Position numbers and translations under genes: made by a program. Source: Lytechinus pictus (lineage: Eukaryota). Taken from it: a stretch of 64,000 bases of DNA. A model generated the notes under the pieces. The model was not told where the DNA came from, did not search any database, and saw only the letters and a list, made by a program, of their open reading frames with translations. Location: NCBI RefSeq assembly GCF_037042905.1, contig NC_087248.1, forward strand, positions 11,036,001-11,100,000, written 5' to 3'. Every line of letters begins with the position of its first letter. Position 1 is the first letter of the stretch. Of the stretch, positions 12,339 through 25,470 are shown piece after piece.

Positions 12339-14835
12339 AACGAGTAGGTCTATAGCAAGTTACTTATCTATCTTTTAGCCCATTCTCCAGATTTTTGCTT
12401 TGAATAACTTGGGGATAACTCTTTTAGAATTGATGTGCTTGGAGTGTAGCACCTCGCATATTTCTGATGCAATGGTAGGCAAGGTCATGGGCGTCGGCGC
12501 AGAGGATTGTCCTTTGTTCATGGGGTACCATCTAATGTTGCGCCCCCCCAAAAAAAAATAATAATAATAATAATAGATAGATAGATAAATAAATAAAATA
12601 AATGAATGAATGAATAAATAAATGAATAAATAAATGAATGAATGGAAATAAAAATAATTCTCCGCTCTGCCGCCCATAGGCAAGGCACTGTGGGTAACTC
12701 ACTGATATCTTAATTCCTTCATCATGGATATGAATGAGAATATAAAGTTATGAATTAACTCACTAGTTGTTTAACCATGTATGAGAGCTATACATGTAGT
12801 TAGAGAAGTCGTTGTGAATGGTTTCCAATGGTGACTCATGACGTGTGAATGATCGTGTTCAAACAAAGATAAGACATTGGGGATACTCGTAGGGTAGACG
12901 TAATGGGGGCGGATAGGCTGCATAACTCTACAAGGGGGGCAATTGGCGTGGGACAGGGGGCAGAGTGTCCTTCCCCCGGCAGAATTTTGTTGACCGGTCA
13001 TGCCTCTCTAATCAATTTTCGGAAATGATTTTTTTCCCTATCCCGACGAGGTTTTCTAGGTTCTCCACTGGAGGGAGGGGTTCCATAAATATAATCAAAA
13101 GGAATGTTGAAAAGGGTATGGCTATAGCAAAGGGGACATAATTATGTGCATTGGATCTCAAAAATGTCAGAGGGCATGCTGCAAAACGAATTGAAATTAA
13201 ACGTATATTAAAAAGTCAAACACAATTGATTATTAACCATTCAGAAACATGATACTTTCATTTTTATCCTTTTTTATTGTTGTTTTGCGATCCGGACAAG
13301 GGACTCCATGTGAAATATAGACCTATAAAGCATATCGATATACTATAGGATTATACCCCACCCCTCGGCAAGCTCCTTCAGATTGAAATGATTTCTACAT
13401 TTCAAAGAAAAAACATTTAATTGCATGTATAATTCCCTTTGTTTTCGTATTGAACAAACAGGGGCCGCGGAAACGGGGGAGCCCCCACTTTTTTTGCAAA
13501 ACCGTGTACAAAAATGTAAAATGTCCATCTGATTGTGATTTTTTGCATGGTCAGCCCCCCCCCCCCCCACTTTCAAAACCAATCCGCAGCCCCTGATAAA
13601 CTGATAAACGTTATTTACAAACAAAAATAAAAACATCAAACAAAGATATATTCCACATTCATTCTTCTGCATGTTGGGTTATATCCTCTAGTCATGCTAG
13701 TGTAATAAGAAACTAAAACCGCAGCAATTCAGATCACGTGATACATTCGGTACTCTTGCACAAGTGCATGTCTAGGAAAATTAACCTCAAAATCGTTTTC
13801 CCAGTTTTTCCAGACAAGTCCATAACTTCACACTAGAGGCATATCAAGGAAATGATATAACCGAAGGAATGGGGACGGATATAATAAATATTTAAGAATA
13901 TGCGTAGCAAAGGCAAACTGGGGCATCGAGGTCTCTTTTTCCTCATTAAGTTAAATTAGTGCTTCCATGTGAAAATAGTCTGTGATAAGATTATGGCAAA
14001 TGCACATCATCAGTGATATTTCCCTAATCGTATTCATACGGTTTTTTTTGTCGATCGGAGACAGATGGAGGGTGGGGGGTGTCACCTGTAATTTAAACTA
14101 ACGCATACTTTAGTATACAGAACAGCATAAGCAGATAAGGGCAATTACCCCCTCCATATCCCTCTTACCCCTCCCCCCGGGGGGGGGGGGTGGGTCACTG
14201 CCATTGAAGAGTGGACAGCATACGCGAAAATCGTCCAGACTGAAAAAGTACTCTAAACGAGGATTAAAGCAAGGAGATATCACTCTAACTATCTCCTTGA
14301 TTAAAGGGCATGCCGCTATGACACTACGTGCAAATGTCCCAGATTTTGCATACTCTAGTCTAAACAGGGATTTCATATGATGATGTTTTTGATACTCTAA
14401 TCGTGTTCCGCGCCTACCGGGAAAACCATCCCCCTTTTCCGCATTTTTTTTAAATCGCGGATGCTGTCCACTGGCCATGGCACTGACCCCCCCCCCCTCC
14501 CCCATTTCCGCACATCCAATCCCATCTATATAAGGTGTAGTCCTATATACTCTGTTTACTGCCCGATACATAGACTCTTCCTCGAACAATGTTAGTGTTT
14601 GATGAAATGAAATCGTTGTGTGGTTTGGTGGGTTAGACATGGGGAAAACATGTTTATGAAATAATTAATTACCAAGCGAAACTAAACACTCGATGTTCAC
14701 TTGTCTTGTTTGTTATTTCTCTTTCGCGTTCATTAGTGTTGTCTCGAATTCACAGTAAATGGAACAATCTTTAGGTGGCTAACACAACATTTCCTTCTCT
14801 TCGATTCTTTTTTCACTTTACTTTTTTTTACTACA

Positions 14836-14935
14836 CAGATCCCTTGGAGAGGACCTTAAGCCGTCGGCCCTCTGGTTGCTTGCTTACAAGCATTCATGCT
14901 TTCTTAGCAATCAGGTAAAAAAAAATCACCAACAC
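14836..14935 (+). mobile_element. Probable SINE 3' fragment
   Basis: CAGATCCCTTGGAGAGGACCTTAAGCCGTCGG...GGTAAAAAAAAATCACCAACACC resembles SINE 3' bodies. Judged by recall only. Confidence 0.4.
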
Positions 14936-17544
14936 CATCACACGGTTGGAATATTATGGAAATACTGTATCGTGTTTTAATTCATTGACGTTTTGAAATA
15001 AAGTTAGGAGAAGGCACTAATTTCTACTGGTAGCTGATGGTGGCAATAATCAGACATCCCCCCTCAAAAAGAAAATATATAAAATATACGAGAGAAATAT
15101 TACAAGATGAAAAGTCAACATTTGGCTTGTTTTGGTCATTTGGGGTTATTTTTATCATGACTGTCATTGAGTTCATTGATTATAATAACGATTTGAGCTA
15201 CGTTCATTATTTACGTGTCCTTTCTTTTTCTTCTAAAAACGTGAATAGGTAAGACAAATACTTATTTAGCAAGATAAAGGAATTTTAGAATTAATATCCC
15301 TCCCGTAACTCCAGTAATTGCCGATTTTTTTTTTTAAAGCTCACTCGCTCGCTTTGCCTCCTCTCACACAATTTGTCAGATATATTTAAGGAATTCAAGT
15401 CCAAAGCAAATTCTGTCCTTTTGATATCGTGAGTGTTTCGTATATAATTCACATAGGCCGAGTATGAAGTGAGCATATCATGCGCATATAGGACTGCAAT
15501 GTCAATGGGTCTATAGTGTACCTGCACTTTTATGTCAAGACAGACAGACAGAGGCGAATCCAGAGGGGTCGAGGCAGGGAGATATTTACCCCTATTATTT
15601 CGTTTTTAAGTATATAGAAAAAGGAGGGAAAGGGGGTGAAATAAGGAAGAAGGGTATAAAAAAAGGTAATAAAAAGTCTGGGTCATCTAACCGACTCTAT
15701 AATGCCCCGATAATTCGATTAAGGTAAAAGTCACCGTATATCAGTGTCAATATCTTATTCTTCTCTTTCACATCTCCCTTCGTGTGTATAATTTGTATTG
15801 TTTTGTTGTTGTTGTTTCTTCAGAGTAAGGAGAGGTCCGTTCGCCGTGCTCCTACCTCTATATATACTGGGGTGTTCAAACTGACACCAGTTGGTGTATC
15901 TATAGAAGACCACACCCTGAGGTGTTAAAATTACACCAGAGAGATTGAACATAATATCACCAAGCTAAATAGTGTTAAATAGTAACAACCAATTTAATGT
16001 GTTCACTCTAAAACACTGAGTACAATTTTACCCAATTTTGGGTAGAAAGTGAACATACATGTTTGCTGTGTTTTTTTTTTTTACCTCATATTGGGCAAAA
16101 TGCATGTTGTTAAGGGTAACCTTCAACGCAACATTGCGTAGAATTTACAAAATATTTGGTATCTTTTTACCCAACCAACATGCATGTTCCCATTTTACCC
16201 AATATTGGGTAAACCTTTTTTTAGAAGTGTTGTAATGTTTAGATGTTGAAGTAACATTGTAAATTTAAAAGCGATACACCGGTTGGCATCAAAGTTTTTG
16301 TTTGTGCACTAATCAGATGGATGATAATCAGATCTGTCTGCTGCATGGTTTTGATTATCATGCAGCTGTATAACGATCTGGAACAGCAACACGCGTTAAT
16401 TGTTTATCATGTCTATCTGACAGTGATAACATCTTGAAACCACGTCGACTCTAATCTCACAGACATGTTGACCTTAGAGGTGAGGTCATTTAAGAGCAAA
16501 TGAGTGACACTGAATGTAAAATCGTCCTTTATCAATTATTAGGATTTATGAATTACATCACAATTACCCTGGACCTATACATGCTCTATATAATATGGTT
16601 TCACGTGTTGTCTTGAATTATAAAGCACCTGTGAAAATCAAGTTCATATTCAACATCATTTCTAACTCAGGTTTGGTAGAAGTGATGAAAGACAAACTGT
16701 AAGTCTAAAACGAATAATGAAAAAAATACAATTACGGTTTCATACTTTAAATTTATAAAGCGATTCATATCATGTTTGACAAATGGAAATTATATACCCA
16801 ATTATATATAGATCAACCTCATTAACATTTGCCTTTATCCGACCATCTATGCCATATAGGACCTTAAATTGGAATAAAACATGACTGTAAATGTAAAGGG
16901 GCAAATGAAAACTATCAATGCGTGCATGGAATCATTCCACGTGTAAAATCAATTGGGTGAGACGAAACTCTGACTCACTCGACCTGCCGCGACCCATCGC
17001 TAACTTTATCAGATTTCGTCGCATTGTGTAAATGGGCATATTCAAAATAGGAGATGAGCTTGAATGAAGGAGTATCCCCCCCCCCCCATCCCCTTAACAC
17101 ACTCACACTCACATATTTTTTTTCTTCACATTTCTAATTGGGGCTTGATTCTTCATAAAACAACAGCAGACCTGCAATAATAATGATAATTAAATAATGA
17201 CCATTAGGCATGTTATAGGAGCTATAGGATTAGGCTATATATTTTATGTTTGTGGGTTAACCATCTCCTTCCCTCCTCCTCCTCCTCCTTCTCCCCTTCT
17301 CCTTCTCCTCTTCCTCCCCTCCCCCTCCTCTACCTCCTTCTATTTTCTAAAATCTCGTTTATCTTCTCTCTCCCTTTCTCCCTCTCCCCTCCCTCTCTCG
17401 CTCCTCTCTATTTCTCTCTCCTTCTCTATCATCCAATCCCCTTCTCATCTGCAGTTTTACACCATTCGTGTAAACCATTCTCTTGGGAGAACCCGAAGGA
17501 ATACAATACTAGTTTAAGGAACTGAGTGAGAACAGCCTCATTGA

Positions 17545-18004
17545 GGCTGTTCTCACTCAGTTCCTTAAACTAGTTTAGTGGAAACTAGTTTAGTGGAAAC
17601 TAGTTTAACGCTAAGTGAGAACGGTCGAAGCGCTCTTGGAAGCGCTCTTCCAAACCAGTTTGGAAGACCACCTCGCGATGTAGTTTTCAAGATCGCTTCG
17701 CATCGGAAAAGTGGTTTTAGCGTAAGTGAGGACACAACCGTTCTTCGGGAAGCGATCTTCGCACATTTTGAGCGCGCTACTCCACACGACAGGTGTAGAA
17801 TGCCTATGCTGCGGTTTCGAATTTCGCGCGAAACGTGTCTCCCCACTGAGAGCGTTTCCCATAGCAACAAGAGCGCTATACGTGAAGTGATTTTGAAAAC
17901 CACTTTCGTGTGATCAAGTGAGAACGCTAGCAAAGCGATCTTCCAAACTGGCTTTCTGAACCGGTTCCCAGTAAACTAGTTTTAGGAACGTAGTGAGAAC
18001 AGCC
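17545..18004. mobile_element. MITE with GGCTGTTCTCACT TIRs; degenerate inverted copy at about 32545-32960
   Basis: GGCTGTTCTCACT...AGTGAGAACAGCC. Internal AAACTAGTTT repeats, and CCACCTCGCGATGTAGTTTTCAAGA matches the reverse complement at about 32810-32835. Confidence 0.85.
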
Positions 18005-18795
18005 TCAATGATCCCCCCAACCAGAGGTACCGTACTCAGACAAGAGGTAATATTGAGATGTGTACATTCATGATGCGGTGAGGCGAAATTTGCATAGAAG
18101 TTGGAGAAAGCATAGACTTTGCGATTTCGACATCAGTTTAACCAGTACATAATGGAGTGACTCACTGCATTACGTATCTGTGTGATGAGATTGGAATGTT
18201 GAAAGCATTCGTGAATTGCTCATTCTAGAATAAAAGGGTGAATCTGTCACCCCCCCCCCCCGAAAAAGGAGCAAAAATATGCAAGAGAGAGGAGGAAGTG
18301 TTGCAGAAAGCCCTGCCCTTTGAAGAAAAAAGGAGCACGATATAAAATTAAAAATAAGATTTAAAAAAAAAAACACCGCCCCTTCCAATGGTATTTATGG
18401 ATGAATTTGCACTTTTTAAAGGGCTGTGACTCCCTATCCCTATAAAAAACAAATCACAGTCCTTTGTATTTCTTTACTATATTATCATCTTAATAGTTTC
18501 AGTTTATATATTCTCTTAGAAGCATTAACATTCTTTCATTTCTTCATTTTCATTTATTGATTACTCATGTTGATGTGTGTTTTTTTTTTCTTCTTTTTGG
18601 AGATGTGCTTTTTTAGAACGACTGTAAAGTGACTTAGATGGGATGGAAAGTCTATATATGCAGGATTTTAATTTATTTTTAATTTTAATCATCTTAAACT
18701 TTTCACTTTAACTTGGCATAGGTACTCAACATTCTCTGTATACCTTCCATTTTCGTCCTGCCATCCACGACATCCCCCCCCCCCTCCACCCCACA

Positions 18796-18991
18796 CACTC
18801 TTAAAAATGTTGGGCAACATACGGTCCACACAACAATTGGTTAAAACTTTATCCAATTCTGGGTAGTTTTACACCAATACTGTGTAGTTTTCACCCAAAG
18901 CACACATTATTGGTGTAAAACTACCCAGAATTGGATAAAGTTTTAACCAATTGTTGTGTGGACCGTATGTTGCCCAACATTTTTAAGAGTG
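18796..18991. mobile_element. Young fold-back MITE with CACTC termini (CACTA/EnSpm-like) and a 2-bp CA TSD
   Basis: Perfect 84-bp arms at 18796-18879 and 18908-18991 with a 28-bp spacer; ca|CACTC...GAGTG|ca. Confidence 0.9.
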
Positions 18992-21593
18992 CAGCCCTGT
19001 GAGAAAACATTACAGTTATGTTAGTCATTTCGTGTCCAACTCATACATCATTTAAAAGCAACACGTTTTCATCGCATTCAAACCACAGACCACATTCATT
19101 CATTATTCCAATCGCAGACTCTCATATTTATGCGCCCAATAGCTCTAATCAATAGATACTCTAGACACCGGATTTGGAGAAGCAAAAGGACTTTGATAAA
19201 ACACACACACAAGTGAATCTTAACTACCTTTTGGCGTTTATGAGATGGCACATGAGTTGAATCCTCGATGACTCAAATATGATAATGGGAATAATTTTGT
19301 TCATGATAAATCTGTAAATTCATTAAAATGCTGTTGTTTCTAAAAGGGGATGGGGCAGTTTGTGACAATAAGTGTTTTCATTTCACTCATTCATTCAAAT
19401 AAACATTTTTGCTTCAATTTTTCACAAAATATTGTTTTCCAATATGAATTATACAAAATCATTTCATAAAAGCTCCCTTCATTAACAATCTATTCGGTAT
19501 ATAGGTAATAACGCTAATTAATGCTTTGGGGAAGGGTGAAAACGAGGAAATATATTAACATTCCGAAGATTTTGATACTGCAGTTTTAAAATCGTCAGTA
19601 AACATTCACTTTAAATTGACATATCATGCTTAATAATTAAAAAAAAAATATTGAAAACAAACCAGAGGGGCAGATTTTTTTTCCCTTTCGTGCCAACTGG
19701 ATATACCTCCAATATATTTGTAATAGAATGATTATAATCCGGTTAATGATAAACAGATTAGGGTATTTTGACCAACGCACCACTTGATCCAATTGTGCAT
19801 ATATCATATGGACAGTGGTATGCCCCCCCCCCCCCCATGGCATATCCGCCAAGGGAAATCGAACCCCTTTTAGTTAAGTCCCCATGATATCTTAAAAGAA
19901 ACTTACACAAAATATCATGAAATAAGATCATTACTGCTACCCTTTTCCGGAAAATATCCCTCCAACATTTTTTTTGGGGGAAGCCCCCCCTCAATTTTAC
20001 CGAACCCTTTATTCGCCCCGGAATCAAATTGTGTATAGACTGAGGTCTGTATCAAATGCATGTTGCTGAAGACCAACACACAGTCATGTTAACTTAACTG
20101 CCCATACTTGAAGGGGGGAAAAGCGTCAATATTTGGATATTTATAATCCTGTTATATGGACAGATCTCATAACAAGCCAATAAGGCAGGGTAGCTATCTC
20201 AATGCACTATTCAGGGTTGTATTTCTCATCCCATTCAGAGGTTGGTCGTTTTTATTTCCGCATCTCTTGAAGTTTACGACTCCACTGCCTGCAGGGGCAA
20301 GGGGGCGTGTTCCCTACTCAACCCCAGTAAAAATAGTGTTATTTTTTAAAATATCCTATCTGTGTGTCCACCGCTCCCTTTATATACCTCCGCCCCCTCT
20401 CTCTCTCACTCTCTCTCCTTTCACTCTGTTCGCATGCATGATATTACACATTGACTATGATCTATCTTTATTTTTATTTTTATCTCTTTCTCTCGTTCGA
20501 TTTCTCTTTCACATACATACCCTGACATTCACCCCCCCCCCCCCCGGTCCATCACCTTAAATCTTTCTAGTTTACACACTCACACAAACACGTAGTCGAT
20601 TATGAACTATTCACAAGGTAATACAGTACTAGCTGCTGTTATAAAACACTTTTGCTGGTATAAGAAGTTATATTTTTTAATATACGACTCACATAAAGTC
20701 GGGGCCCCGCCCCCAACAATGTAAGTGTCTATATAGCTGGATCAACGCTACTTAACTTGTTGCTACTTCCTCCTATTGTAAGCATAGAAAGTGGCCTTTA
20801 GATTTAGGCCTTTAACGCACATTGTCTATATACCTTTCGGTGCTCAACAATAAATCAAAAGTGGTCGTGGAACGGCTCTCCTCACACCTTTCTTCTTTTT
20901 TTTCAAAGGCGAAAATAATTACTTTTGATGTGAGTGTGTTTTGCGTGGCCAGCTCCCCCCCCCCCCACACATACACTTTCAAAACATTACCGCGGTCCCT
21001 AATTGATACTAAAATTGTGAAATTAATAACACTTAAATTTGATTAATATATATTTTTCATAATATTCAACAAGCATTCAGCAAGTTAACCTGCTGTTGCC
21101 ATGAGCATCTTGTCTTGAAATACATTTCGATCAGGTCTACTGAATATTTCTTTTTTATTGCCCGCGAAGAAATCGGTGAACACGTCCCATTTGGAAACTG
21201 AAGACCAGTACTAAAAATTAGCTACGAATCATGCAGCCATGCAGCAATTCCTTTATTCTACCCCCTCCCTTTGCCCCTCTGTCTCCATCTCTCGCTCTTT
21301 CCCCCTCTCCGCCCCCCTTCATCACTTACTGTTACCCCTTACCTTATATATTTCTCCTTATTTAAAATAATTTTCCAGTCTTATGCAGTCAGATCAAATA
21401 ATCATCACGATTACAGGGGCGTCTCACCGCCCTCCTTTATATACCATATAACTTTTAAAATGTCGTTTTGGTATAGAAAGACATATTGGTCATCAAAAGT
21501 TTGCAAAAAATTCACATATGATTGAAGGCACACTGATTGCCATTGCTCATGAAAATCAACAGATAATATCAACAAAATTGATATAGCACTTAC

Positions 21594-21596
21594 CAT
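21594..21596 (-). CDS. TUBA: Best candidate ATG-only first coding exon of the alpha-tubulin (implies a ~20-kb intron 1)
   Basis: The minus strand reads gcaataATG|GTAAGT: a perfect donor with A at -3, next to a CpG-richer region at 21650-21910. Alternative candidates exist at 2163-2165 and 1921-1938. Confidence 0.45.
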
Positions 21597-24500
21597 TATT
21601 GCAGTTATTCAAGGCAAAGTTGTTTGACAAAGAATAAAAAAGGGCGTTATTAATCGACAAAGTGCACCTGGATCGCTTCGCTAGATGGAGTCCTACTTAA
21701 ACAGGTCTTTGAGAAATATTATCGAAACTTTTGCTGAGATTGATTTGCTCTCGAGCTTCTTTTCCGTGGCTGTTTCAAAGTACTGCGACGGAAGGCGAAG
21801 GATTGAAACATTTACAACTCGGATTGCCGTTTTTATACCATCAGACCGCTCCTTGCGTCAAATGGACAGCAAGAAACTCAATGCACTATAGCGCCATCAT
21901 GCGCCGACTAGTCAAAAGTTTTAAAGAGAAAGAACCAACGAATAATTGTATTTCTGTAGAAAGAACGAGGGGAAGATGTTATGTTTTACTAGTACAAATT
22001 GTAACTCCGAAGAGAGCTTAGAATTTGAAAACAAAATCGATTTTAGAAGTGGGTGAAGATAATAATCTGTGAGCAGATAATCTAAAAGAAATGAGAACAT
22101 TTACAAGCAGCACTGCACATATACTTTATGCTCTCTAAATTCCTATGGGCCTCATTTTTTTCCATTTTTAAATATGTTAACTAAAAAAGATATCCATCTT
22201 TAATTCCTTTGTTTCCTGTTCTTTGTTTATTGAATCATGATTTATACTCCCGGGTTCTACTCGTGCTTTGAATCTCCTAGATTAGTGGATGCCTGGATAG
22301 TAACATCAATGATAACTTTTAATAGTTTTCGACAAAACTTTATCAATTAGTTTGTCTGATTTTTTCTGCTTTATTTGTAATCAACTTTATGTGCATCAGG
22401 GTGCACCGCAAAAACTGTGGTAGATGACTGCACCAGTCATTTTAATCCGGTGTTACTTTGTTGGTTTTCGTTCAACACCCATGTGTGTTAACACCTTTCG
22501 TTACTTTACGCTCTTAGGTGTTATCTTAATTCGGGGTGTAATTTCAACACATCTGGATGTGGTCCACTAGGGACACCAACTGGTGTCAGTTTTTAGGAAT
22601 ACTCCTCTGAGACCTTAAAATCTGAAGTAACCAAACCCATCTTTTCCAGCAACTTTTTGAATAATGTGTGTCTTAATTATTGGGGTGCCGGCGCCTTTGA
22701 TTTTTTTTCTGTTTACAGAGAAATGCCGCTATACAAAATAATGCTATTCATCATCATCCAATATCATTTTATATTGTGGATTCCCCTTTAACATGTTTAA
22801 ACGGTAATGAGTAGGCCAATTAATGATGCATGCCCAGCAAGAGAAGTGTATTCATCACCAGTTAGGCATGCAATATACCATGATGAATATTACGACAACA
22901 ATGCTTTTCTTCGTAAGATGTCGGCTATACACTTTCGCTTTTCACAGAACTGTGTCTCTATAGCTGTCCCTCTCCTCCCTCCCTCCGCCCCCTCTATAAC
23001 TCTCTCTCTCCCTCTGTTTCACTCTCTTTGTCTCTCTCTCTTTCTATGTATCTGTCTTTCTCTCTATCTCCCAATCATCCCCTTTTATTTGTATAAAGAA
23101 ACTGAAATGTTTTTGAAAGGAAGACACTTATTTTGCTGTAGTTGGTAACTTAATTATTATAGCGTATGGATTGTAGTGGTGAATTAACATGCTATCATTC
23201 TAGTGGGCCTATACAATCTATTATAAGACTACACTGATCAGAATGTTGCATTATGGGAAGTGATCCTGGCCAGATAGGCTTTAAGCTCTGGTGACCCCCC
23301 CCCCCCATGCGTTTATTACTATTACAATTCATTACTACATCATAATTATGAATGTCTTCAGTAATTAAAGGCGCCAATTTCGTGAGATATTTTGTCCATC
23401 ACGGGAGTGGGGGGGGGGGGGGTGAAGAGACCACCCTCTCCCATTATGTTCCTGCATAAATTTCTTAAATCGAGGGGGGCACGTCCACACCCCCACCTGG
23501 ATCACCGCCAATAATGGAATAAATACTATGTTCTGGTTAAATTCTGCGATTTGTGGTTACATTTTCAGAGCTACCTATTGAGAAATTTCTAATCAATATA
23601 ATTAAGGATTTTTTGTCACAGTTGAGTTTTTGTCACAGTTGAGGGCTTCACTTAGAAATAGACCACGTTTGAATCCTGGGTTTGAATTTCCGGTAATGAA
23701 ACGGGGTGTCGTTCCTAGTGATCGAGGATCAAAAGATTTTCATCGGTAACTAATTGTCATTCTATGTAATTTCAGGCACTTGGGTATGAGGGGCTAATGC
23801 CTCCTCCCCGGCCCCCAATACAAAAAAAGGCATTTAAAAAGGACAAATCGTTCTAGTTAGCAGTCTGTGATAGTATTTGTCACGAAATTAGATTTTCATT
23901 TAATTTGTCTTCAGTACGCCTCCATCATGTTTCGTCCCCCCCCCCCCCCCCCCCTTTCCCCTACGCCATCACTGATTTCGGCCGGAGAATATCTCGAAAT
24001 AACCTTGAACCCAAGTTTTGTTCAATGTTTGTGATTAATAAAAATGTATGAAGCATGGCGAGCAGCTGCTCTAACCTGACTTCAGTGGCGTAGGCTATGT
24101 ATCGGGAGGGGCAAAGGGGCGCAACCTCTTTGGGGCGCAAGATCGAGAGACAGAAAGGGAAGAATATGGAAGAAGAATTCTCTCATAATATAGCCTAATC
24201 ACCACGACAAGAAAACGACGTTGTCTAGGGTGGAATTCATAGGTAAAAAAAATTAGCATTTTTCCGTCGTCATCTAAATATTCGTGGGGGCACATTTTTT
24301 TATAACACCCCTACCCCCGGACAACGTTTTTCCCTGATCAATACGCCACTGGCATAGCTCGCTGAACTCGACTTTTTGTAGCGACATCTTGCTAGTCTTT
24401 AAATCCTAGACTCAATAGTGAAGATAGTTAATGTGACAGTGATGCACAACATTATGTCTTAATCCGGAATCCGAAGTTGAAAAATAGCAATCATAGCAAC

Positions 24501-25019
24501 AACAACAAATCCAATAAAAAAGTAGGGACCCAATTCTAAGTACTGTATTTATTAGAAGTACTTAATTTTATTTGACCAAAGAATACCGATTGTGATAAAG
24601 ACTAGCTTGGAAACACTGGTCATGTGACTGTGACTAGCAGCTAGACAGATACTGCATACTGTACCACGAAAACAAACGTCTCTCTAATGTTAGGGACAAC
24701 GGTACATTCGGTATTTGCTCTATCAAAATCCCTACATACCATTGCGAGTGCGTCGAGCGCGTCCGTTGATCCTACGAAGCCCCAATAATGCATCCCTCTT
24801 GACTGATAATTTCACCCTAAATTGAGTTATTTCAGGTAGCTATGATATATTTGGCATTAAAAGGATCGGTAATTATTTGTCAGTAATTATTTAGTATTCT
24901 ATATTTTCGAATGGCTTACCTCTACTTGTTCTTTGAATGGGAAAATATCGTACTTTGTCCTTGTATTCCACATGAACTGCAGAGTTTGTATGTGTATAAA
25001 GTCAATGGGGAAATTCAAA

Positions 25020-25470
25020 CTTTTGCACACGCGACCCGTCACCATGACGTCACCAGGATTGCGTGTGAGCGAGCTAAGTTTGATTTGGGGGCGGCGCCCT
25101 CCAAAATTTAACCAATAAAAATTCTGCATTTGCTGCATCTTTTGGGATTTTCCCTAAATTCATGTCTCAGGGACCGTCTTGGAAGTGCGTGCTGAGCTGT
25201 ATAATCTTTTTGAAGGACCCACCCTATTCTACTTAAAGATATTCAATTAAAACATCTTGGGGCCCGTTTTGGGACTTTTCATTCTTAAAAAAGATGGTTT
25301 TGAGACGAAGTCTTATATCTAGATTAATTTAAGAAAAAAAAATTAGTGACTTTATTGTTAAATTTTAAAATGCAAAGCAAAAACCTCCATATGACGTGTA
25401 CGTGACGTAATTATCGTCATGAAGTTGAAGATCGCGCGAAGTGGTGGGAGGGGCCTATCGCGAACGTAGA
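25020..25470. promoter_or_regulatory. Candidate cis-regulatory region
   Basis: Locally CpG-rich. Full CRE TGACGTCA at 25045-25052, GC-rich box near 25087, CCAAT near 25112, and paired TGACGT sites at about 25392-25410. Confidence 0.35.

Noticed and set aside
14110-14640. 176-aa ORF on the - strand
   Set aside because: Runs through poly-G/C tracts and repeat-like sequence; no recognisable protein motif.
17565-17933. Overlapping ORFs on both strands
   Set aside because: Internal to a non-coding MITE.
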